A stretch of DNA of 64,000 bases from the human T2T-CHM13v2.0 reference genome, Homo sapiens, in assembly GCF_009914755.1 (NCBI RefSeq), contig NC_060925.1; one strand, written 5' to 3'. How positions within the stretch are numbered: position 1 is the stretch's first letter; every line of letters begins with the position of its first letter. The position numbers and the translations under genes are program-made. This document shows positions 55,574 to 64,000 of the stretch, piece by piece. The notes under the pieces are model-generated. The model was not told the DNA's origin, searched no databases, and worked only from the letters and a program-made list of their open reading frames with translations.

Positions 55574-57819
55574 TGAACTCCTGATCTCAAGTGATCCATC
55601 TGCCTTGGCCTCTGAGAGTGCTGAGATTACAGGCATGAGCCACAGCATCCAGCCCAAAAGTCCTTTCTATATAGAAATTCCAGAGACATTCTGGCGTCAT
55701 GCTTTTAAATTATTTATTGTTTTATTATTTTTATTATTTTATTATTGCAATTAAGAGCAGTTCTCTTTTTTGCAAGTTATCTCTTATCTCCAAGTTAAAT
55801 CTATGTGGATTAAACTGTGATTGTTTATTGAATTGCTGCTCTCCCTCTTCCGTAGCTGATGACTCTTTGAGTCAGTTCTACCCAATTAATCTAGGCCCTC
55901 AACTCTCAGGGTGATCTCTGCTTGTGGAGATTAAAATTGTTTCTAAGCTATGTGGAATAGAGCTTGGGTAAGGTTAAAGAAATTTTGGCAGGGTGGGTAG
56001 GAAGGGGCAAGATTATCTGTCTGATGGAATGGATAAGAAATATGACTGTGAGTTTATATTGATTAGATTGGAAGAAGCAATAGATGCTCTATTAAGATTA
56101 TTTTCTATTACCTAATTCTATATTCAATGTATATCTACAATTCTGTTCTGTTATCTAATATCTATTAATAGAGACAGGAACACCTCCATCTTTTTTTGGA
56201 AATAGGTGGAAATAATCAAATAAGATTGGATATAATCTGTACTCTTGTAGTTAATTGTTATTTATAGATGCAACCTGATTCCATCCTCCACAAAAGTCAC
56301 CCTAATGCAGATCAGCTTTTGGTAGGCCCTCTATATGTTTGAATCATAGCACCGGACACAACATAGACTGAGGTTTTGGTACTTTCTACATTAATATTCA
56401 CTCAGAAAACTTTTGCCCATGCATTATATTTGTTATATCTGCATTAAATCATAAAAAAGTTATGATAGAAAAGTTTCAAGTGAGAAACTCCCCGTGATTT
56501 AACTATATTAGAGCACAGGATTATTTTATTTTTATTTATTTATTTATTTATTTTTTGAGACAGGGTCTTACTCCTGTCACCCAGGCTGGAGTGCAGTGGT
56601 GCGATCATGGCTCATTACAGCCTCAACTTCCCAGGCTCAGGTGATCTTCCCACCTCAGCCTCCTGAGTAGCTGGAGCTACAGGCTCCACACCTGGCTGAT
56701 TTTTTATATTTTTAGAGACTGGGTTTTGCCATCTTGACCAGGCTGGTCTTGAACTCCTAGGCTCAAGAAATCTGCCTGCCTTGGCCTCCCAAAGTGCTGG
56801 GATTACAGGTGTGAGCCATGGCGCCCAGCCTATTTTAATTTTTAAAAATTTATATGGGGAGTCTCTCTATGTTGCTGAGGTTGGTGTTGAACCCCTGGGC
56901 TCAAGTGATCCTCCTGTCTCAGCCACCTAAATAGCTGGGACTACAGGTGTGTGCCATCACATCTAGCTAATAGAGTTGTTTTGAATTGGTTAAATTTAAG
57001 CCTGTAACCCATACGTGTAATAGAAATGTATATTTTTGGTGATTTATGAATACATAGTATTAGGCCAAGGTTTAGTTGTGATTGATATACAGCTATTAGT
57101 ACTTACATATACTCTTAAGTAATCCTATTAAAATCATTTTAACACAATGGGATCTTAATGGCATATCTTTAAACATATCTTATAAAGAAATGCTGCTTTA
57201 ACTTAGATGCCAAGCACATATTTTAATTTACCAATTAGAAGTTCTATATGTATTCAAGTGAAGAGTGTTTCACCTTAATAATACATTTCATACAGATTGT
57301 TGAAATTCATCCCATTCCCCCTTCCCTCCCCAGTTTTTGGCCATATGGACACAGGCAGGACTCTCAGGAGTGCCAAGGATTTAAGCCCTCAAATTTTACC
57401 TGCCTACCATTTCAGCATGCGATAGGGACACATGGAAGGCAGCTTAAAGTAAAGGCTTTAAAAAATTTTTTTTGCTACCACCCACTTGCTGTTTCTTGAC
57501 CTTTTCTCTTTTTTTTAATGATTCAGAGGATCGACACTGTTGCCAGCTTACTACCTGCAGTCTTTCCAGTCTTGATGGTATTACGTAATTATATAAACCT
57601 TTTGCATGGTATCATATGATATTGTATATTTGTCTTCCTACACATGTGTCTTTAGAGTAATTTCTTTCCATCTGGTGTTGAAAATGAGCTCTTTGTGAGG
57701 TTATTTTTAAATCTTCAAGCTTTCTGGCATCCTCAACACTTGAAATAACACAATTGCTTTTGGAGGCAAGAAAATCCACATAGTATACTTTGTGGTTTTT
57801 CCAGTGAAAATGTAAATAG

Positions 57820-58167
<348 letters not shown>

Positions 58168-58524
58168 TGAACCACCGCACCTGGCCTATAAAATTATATT
58201 TTATATTTAGATAGTCTTGAGATAATTGTGTTAGGTTGGAAATAGTTGTTGCCAAGTAAATAAAGTAAAGGAGAGCTACTTAAGGGAAAGGAGACCAAGA
58301 ATAAGAAGCCTGGTAGAGGAAAGAGGTTTTAAAGATATCTTCTTCTCTGAAGATTTATTGTTATCTTTTTATCCTCTGTCTCATTCTGTTGCCCAGGCTG
58401 GAGTGCAGTGGGGCAATCATGGCTTACTCTAACCTTGAACTCCCGGGCACAAGCAGTCCTCCCACCTGAGCCTCCTGAGTAGCTGGGACTACAGGTGCAT
58501 GCCACCGTGCCCCGCCAGTTTTAA

Positions 58525-58725
<201 letters not shown>

Positions 58726-59770
58726 TAGTAGAGTCGGGGTTTCACCATATTGGCCAGGCTGGTCTCAAACTCCTGACCTCATGATCCGCCTGCCTCGGCC
58801 TCCCAAAGTGCTGGAATTACAGGTGTGAGCCATTGTGCCCAGGCTGAGATGATCTTATGATATTGCCCAGCCTGGTCTCAAGAGATCCTCCTGACTTGGC
58901 CTCCCAAAGTGTTGGGATTATAGGTGTGAGCCAACACACTCAGCCGTGATGCACTGTTTGATTCTGATAATCAGGTATGTGTAATTAGCCTTAAACCTTT
59001 TTCTTCCTTCTTTCCTTTCTTTTCTTTTTTTTTTTTTTTTTTTTTTGAGATGGAGTCTCACTCTGTCACCCAGGCTGGAGTGCAGTGATGGGATCTCAGC
59101 TCCCGGATTCAAGCGATTCTCCTGCCTCAGCCTCCCAAGTAGCTGGGATTACAGGCGTGTGCCACCACACCTGGCTAATTTTTGTATTTTAGTAGAGACA
59201 GGGTTTCACTATGTTGGTCAGGCTGGTCTCGAACTCCTGACCTCAGGTAATCTACCCGCCTCGGCCTCCCAAAGTGCTGGGATTAGAGGTGTGAGCCACT
59301 GCGCTTGGCAACCTTTTTATTTCTTAACAGTAGATTGATATATCCTCTAGCTTACTAAGTAACCTTTGAATTTTTATTATTTCTTTAATTGTAATATAAA
59401 AAGCTGATCTTTTATTAAGTGCCATTCCGTCTCCTAAAGATGATGCCTATAATGATTAAATAGTAAAGGTCAGTGTCATCTACTTAGCAAGATTTACCCA
59501 GTAAGTCTTTTTTTCTCCAGATGCTATTTTTGTTGACTTATCCTTGCTAGTTGTATTATCTCTAATATGACCATTAATGGACACTGGTTAACAAGATATG
59601 TTCAATATTTAATGTATTCTCTTTGGTATTTTGTAAGATGGAAAAGACTAGCATTGGGATGAATAATTGCATAATGATCATAGAATCATATTTAAATAAA
59701 TATACCAAAGAATATATAACTAAAGGGCAAGTTTTTTTGTTTTATGTTTTTAAATTTTTATCATGCGTAC

Positions 59771-60601
<831 letters not shown>

Positions 60602-60609
60602 TCTACCAC

Positions 60610-61830
<1,221 letters not shown>

Positions 61831-62122
61831 ATATATGTGATCACAAAAATATAAAAGATGGGGCTCATGCCTGTAATCCCAGCATTTTGGGAGGCCGATG
61901 TGGGAGGATTGTTTGAGCCCAGGAGTTTGAGACTAGCCTGGGCAACATAGAGAGACCCTTGTCTCAAAAAAAAAATTATAGGCCAGATGCAGTGGCTCAC
62001 ACCTGTAATCCCAGCACTTTGGGAGGCCGAGGCAGGTGGATCACCTGAAGTCAGAAGTTCGAGGCCAGCCTGGCCAAACATGGTGAAATCCCATCTCTAC
62101 TAAAAAAAAAAAAAATACAAAA

Positions 62123-62173
62123 ATTACAATTCAAGATGAGATCTGGGTGGGGCTACAGAGCCAAACCATATCA
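62123..62173 (-). mobile_element. First ~50 bp of a THE1/MST LTR
   Basis: Reverse complement tgatatggtttggctctgtagccccacccagatctcatcttgaattgta. Confidence 0.8.
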
Positions 62174-64000
62174 CCTCACTTCTAATCATTCTGTAATGTA
62201 GGTATGATACAAATACATATCTTTTAAGGTTATTTTGATGATTAAATGGATTAGAACAGTGCCCAGCACCAGATAAATGTTACCCATTATTATTTTTGCA
62301 TTTAATCTTCACCACAGCTCTTTGGAGTAGGTATTAACCAGGCCAAAAGTTAAGTAACTTGTCCAAAGTTACACAACTAGCAAGCGAAAATTCGCTTCAA
62401 AGCCAGTATTTTTTACGACTATACCTTTACTTATGTCCATGAGTGGGTGGGGAAGGAGAGATTTGGATCTTCTGTCAAAGCCAATGATTTCTTACTAATT
62501 GTGATCTTGTGAAAGTACTTTTCCACACCTCAGTTTCTTCTGTAGAATGAGCATAATACTCACATTGCAGATAATCTATAGAATAACTAATAAAAACAAA
62601 CCTTGTAGTGTGCCTGTCAGAGGTACTCAATAAATGTTAGTTCCCTTTTCCCTTTGATAAAATCTGACCTCATGGAGATGGGAGAGAATAATCTTGCAAT
62701 GAGAATAATTTTTACCTCTTGACTTATGCATTTTTCTACTTAAATTGGATGTCTGTCTAATGCTTATTATATATAAACATGTGTAATATAGCTGCACCTG
62801 GTTTTGTCTAGTGTTGATCTTTGGATTTGATCCAGACTTATACTGTAACATTTTTATGCCTGAGTGTGAGTATTCTAAAGACCCATTTCACAGCAAGTCT
62901 GGCTTCAGAGCTTTATTTCCGGTTGGGTAGAACACAGTCATGTGGTTGATGTCTCCATTGTTGCTTTTATCTTTTGCAGCAGATGTGAAAGTAAACATAC
63001 AAGGTTGAAAAACAGGAAGGGGTTTGAGTTGGGAGGGTGTTTTTGAAAGGGGAACTTGTACACAAGTGACCTGCAATCTGAAGTGTAGCTTTTAGCAGTT
63101 ACAGAAAGATATACCTTATTGTCTTAAAGTAAATAAAATAGCAAGTGATTTTGCAGTTTAATGAATTCGTGAATTTACATATATTTTTGCTTTTATACAT
63201 TTTGGAGAAGCGCATATTGTGTTCCTCTTTTTGATTGAAACAGAGAACTGATGAATTCACCCCAATTCTGGGTTCTTTTTACCTGTGAAAAAAAATTTTC
63301 AGTAAGGAAGCATGGAGTTTTTTGTTGTTCGTGTTGGGTATCTGTTCTAATATCATTATATTTGGACTTCCTCAAAAGCCAAAACATAAGACCGCATTTT
63401 TCTACTTGGCTCTATGGTCTTTGTTCCTAAGGAAGGGAATTAACACATACTGAATGCTAGCTATGTATCAGATACTACTCTCTGTGTATGCTAATTAATT
63501 TAAATATTTCTGTGTTTTACATCCAATCTACAAGGAGTTTTTATTGCTTTGATGAAATCCCTCCCTCCCCCTTCTTTCCTCTCATCTCTCCCTTTCTCCT
63601 TCTCCTCTTAAATGATTCTCTGGCTGAACAATTTTCTATTAATAGTATATTTGGGAGGCAGTATGATGTAACAGCGAGTAAGGATATGGGATTTGGAGTC
63701 AGACCTGGATTTACAGTAAGGTTTTGTTTTTGATAGGGAAAAACTGCTTTCTATCTCAATAAATAAAAGCCAGGGTCCCACAGAACTGGCTTTAGAAGGA
63801 GATTCTGCACATGGGGTGGAGTAATTGGAGCTCACAGCAAGGACTTTTGTTCCTGAAGATTCACTTTCCCCTGGGGAATCCCTTGCTGACCTCAGAGGTG
63901 CTGCTTTCTTTTAATTTTCTGCCCCAGAGGAGAGTCTTCTCTTAATACTCCTGCAGAACACAGCTGAGACCAGGCTGTAACATCTGGTATGTTACTAAAG

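Overview
Primate (most likely human) Alu-dense genomic DNA with no supportable protein-coding exon. I recognise it, from memory of the exon sequences and layout rather than a search, as the OPRD1-EPB41 interval. The distal OPRD1 3' UTR probably runs to a poly(A) signal at 7199-7204. An Alu/L1-rich intergenic stretch follows, with a strong CTCF site (13.3 kb), a Y1 RNA pseudogene (17.7 kb) and erythroid-type enhancer motif clusters (19.8-21.3 kb). The 5' end of EPB41 (protein 4.1R) then starts on the + strand: CpG-island exon 1A (donor at 23118), a deep-intronic element matching exon 1B (donor at 29741) and CpG-island exon 1C (donor at 50661). The most striking structure is 29622-29746: a branch point, a pyrimidine tract and about 120 nt with no AG, ending in a consensus 5' donor. 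This is the architecture of nested 'intrasplicing', which is already described for 4.1R and so is not new. More speculative leads are a near-cognate ATT start in exon 1C, further intraexon-like donors, a 120-bp hairpin-ended insert inside an Alu, and short paired duplications. ORF-track proteins are Alu or GC-content artefacts.
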